Source of the DNA: Lingula anatina
Taxonomy: Eukaryota > Animalia > Brachiopoda
DNA: 64,000 bases
Direction: 5' to 3'
Assembly: GCA_051362555.1 (NCBI GenBank)
Contig: CM120640.1
Location: forward strand, 53,050,788-53,114,787
Made by a program: the position numbers and the translations under genes
The notes under the pieces: generated by a model
Database searches by the model: none
What the model saw: the letters and a program-made list of their open reading frames with translations, nothing else
What the model was told of the DNA's origin: nothing
Part shown: positions 61,269 to 64,000 of the stretch, one piece after another
How positions within the stretch are numbered: position 1 is the first letter of the stretch
Layout of the letters: each line of letters opens with the position of its first letter

Positions 61269-64000
61269 TAGATTTCAATTGTCTTTTTTTCATCAATATA
61301 TGTACCTAAGAAACTAAGAAAGACATCGCAAATATGAACAAAAATGTAAATGACTTTTATACCGTAAGCAATTCATAGTATGATTATGCATTCAGTTCTG
61401 CGGCATTATCTAACGTGTTATAATTTTAACCCTACCCTCTACATATACACGAGTGGAGGGTGTGCACCAAATAGCTTGTCTGGTTTGTCTTATTTTAAGA
61501 TTTTTTTGTCGTCAGTTTATGTATAAAATTTTCACCATTTCATTATCAATCGTCTCTGGGTAAATGGCACACTTCACCGGCTGCAATATTGATCAATTTT
61601 AACCATTCAGTTTAGTACTTGTGAATTGTATAATTGTTCGCCCGTTTGACTTTACGTCCGTCAGTTCGTATAAATTATTAAATATGAAATGATTCGTTAA
61701 AGTAAACGTAGAAACACTTGCATAAAAACGGAATGGTGTTATGAATTCAAAACCGAGCAAACAGGCATGCAGATGTACATTTATTTGGAATCAATGAAAT
61801 CAATATCCTTACGGGTAATACATCGTTTTGCACGTGTTTCATTCTGATGTACACAGATGTACATTTAATGTCAGTTTCAACTATCAATCCACTGCCTTTT
61901 ATAATGAATCATTGATTCTTAGAAATGTAAATTTTCATGACAGACTGCATTTTTCTTGCCAGGTATATTTTATTGCAGTAGCTGTGATGCAGTAGAGCTA
62001 GTGTTTTGCCATTGCAGTTAGTGTGATTCTTTCCTCTGTACTTGGACAACTAAGCCTCTACGTGTCAGAGACCATGTAGCACCTGTTGCAAGATAGACTG
62101 GATATAAAAGAAAATCACATCATCACCCAGTGCCAACAGTTGGGCAGACCGGGGCTAATTGGCCCAGTTAGACACTTTTGGCCTTGTGGAACCAAATGAA
62201 AATAAGTTACAGCACCAAAACTGGTAGTTTTAGACCGAGCAACAAGGACTTAAACTACAGATGCAACATACTTGTTTTCCAAATGTAATGCCACATGGCT
62301 AAAAAACTGAAAAAAAGAAAAGAAAAAAACAACTGATGTCAGGTGGGCCAACTTGTCCTGTGGTGAGGCAAGTTGGCCTCTGGGTCGGGGAAAGTTGGCA
62401 CCTTATTCGTTAATGATGTAGCAATTCATGTAAACGTCATAATTGTATTTTTACGCATTTTCTCGTTATTATTTGATGTTACGATTCTTTACTTTATATG
62501 TAGGTCATATGAGGCAGATATATATATTGATGTTTTTATACATTCGGATACGTTTCTTTCAGTATTTTGAATTTGCGTTTTAAAATTATAACAAGATACA
62601 GGGTCCAACATGCCCCGTGAAAAGTGGTCCAACTAGCCCCAGGTGCACATTTTTTAAAGAATGGCAGCTGTTTTGGTGCTAGAATTAACTTTTTTTTGAC
62701 ATTTCACTCCGAGCTTTAGTTTGATGCCCTGTATACATGTTATCACAATAGTATGAAAATTTATTTTAATATCTCTTCAACAATTTACTTTCAGGTGCAG
62801 AAGACTTTTATTTAGACTCACCGCTGAAGTAAAGCTTTTCGTACCAACCGACTCTTTCTTGGCACTGTGGGATTATGTGATCAAATTGTTTGCCTCGCAG
62901 GTACCTTTTCATAAATTGACGAGGGGCCAACTTACCCAAGGGTTCAACTTACTCCGGCTTTCCCTGTTAGATAACAGCTCTTATAATTACAAGTTTCTTA
63001 GATAATAAGAACAAAATCTAGAATGCCGACGAAAACATTTGTTCTTAATTCGCTGTTAGAATCAACAGCAAATCATTGTATTGTGCTTAATATCGGTAAT
63101 GAGGAAAACAACTCGCATGTTGAACGCTAATCATAAATCACCAATTTGACATATAATGTTGGCCACTGGTCAGACGATCAATATTCTGTCTTCCATATGA
63201 CAGGACCAAGAATTTGCTAAGCAATGCAACTGCTAAATTGAGTAACGTACTGGGCATAAATATTGTAAAGGATCACTTAGTGTGTGTGTGTGTGTGCGCG
63301 CGCGCGCGCGCCCACGCCTTCGTGCTTGTACACATTTGTAATTTGACCCTCCCCCCCCCCCCCCCGTTCTTGTACGGAACAATTATGACTTTGAACATTA
63401 TATTCATAAACTTTAACCATTATTTCTAGCTACATTTTAGTGCACAAACCCTCAAAGTTTTACACGTATTGTCAGTTTTTCATGTTTTATATCTGGCAAC
63501 AGGCCCGTTTCCTTATATCCAACAGTTTCAAAATGGTATTCGATATCACATGCCTTATATATCAAAATAAGGGTTCTAACGTAGACTTCAGGTATACCTT
63601 AATGCTTTTAGTTTTAGATAATGTCCTGGCAGCGAGCAAAGTGCAACTCAGTTTTGTTGCAATTTTTAGTCATAGTCTCCCGTTGGGCGGTATTTGTCAG
63701 TTAAACAGTGTGTGAACTCTGCAGTATGCTATTTAGAACGAGATCCGTATTTCACCATTTAATAGTATCTTCTTATCTTTTATATGTAAAAAGATTTCCA
63801 GCTATTAAAGCTGTTATGTCAGTCGTTATGAAGTTTTCTCTTATGTAATTCTATACTGTAAAGTTTTACCTAAAACAAGCATAAAAAAGGAACACTGATG
63901 GTTTATTAACGTATCAATGATGCTACATAGAAAAGATTGGCTTTCTCATTCAGATTAAATGGGCCAATCCCAAAGACAACAAAAATACGTAATAGTTCTC

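Overview
AT-rich, intron-containing animal genomic DNA. A lophotrochozoan, probably a mollusc, is inferred from the chitin synthase type and the repeat families. Seven protein-coding genes can be spliced by eye. (1) An MFHAS1-like LRR-Roc-COR (ROCO) gene on + (191-4791). (2) LMF2 on - (starts 9604 and runs off the window start), so the ROCO gene appears nested antisense inside an LMF2 intron. (3) NCAPH2 on + (11515-18116), head-to-head with LMF2. (4) PPP1R15 (GADD34/CReP family) on - (19251-23416). (5) FANCE on + (24836-33506), head-to-head with PPP1R15. (6) A divergent chitin synthase on - (36932 to >41510). (7) A FUT8-like alpha-1,6-fucosyltransferase on + (52873-59627). Mobile DNA includes a 3.8-kb Helentron-type non-autonomous element carrying a 146-bp satellite array, a 3.7-kb IS3EU-like element with ~435-bp TIRs, several MITEs with clear TSDs, and Penelope, Tc1, RTE and L2/CR1 relics. 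The most notable observations are a tandemly duplicated, equal-length, intact LMF2 exon pair (candidate mutually exclusive exons), the nested antisense ROCO gene ending next to the second copy, and a 66-codon uORF plus ATF4-type sites at PPP1R15. All gene models are manual and unverified by alignment or RNA data.
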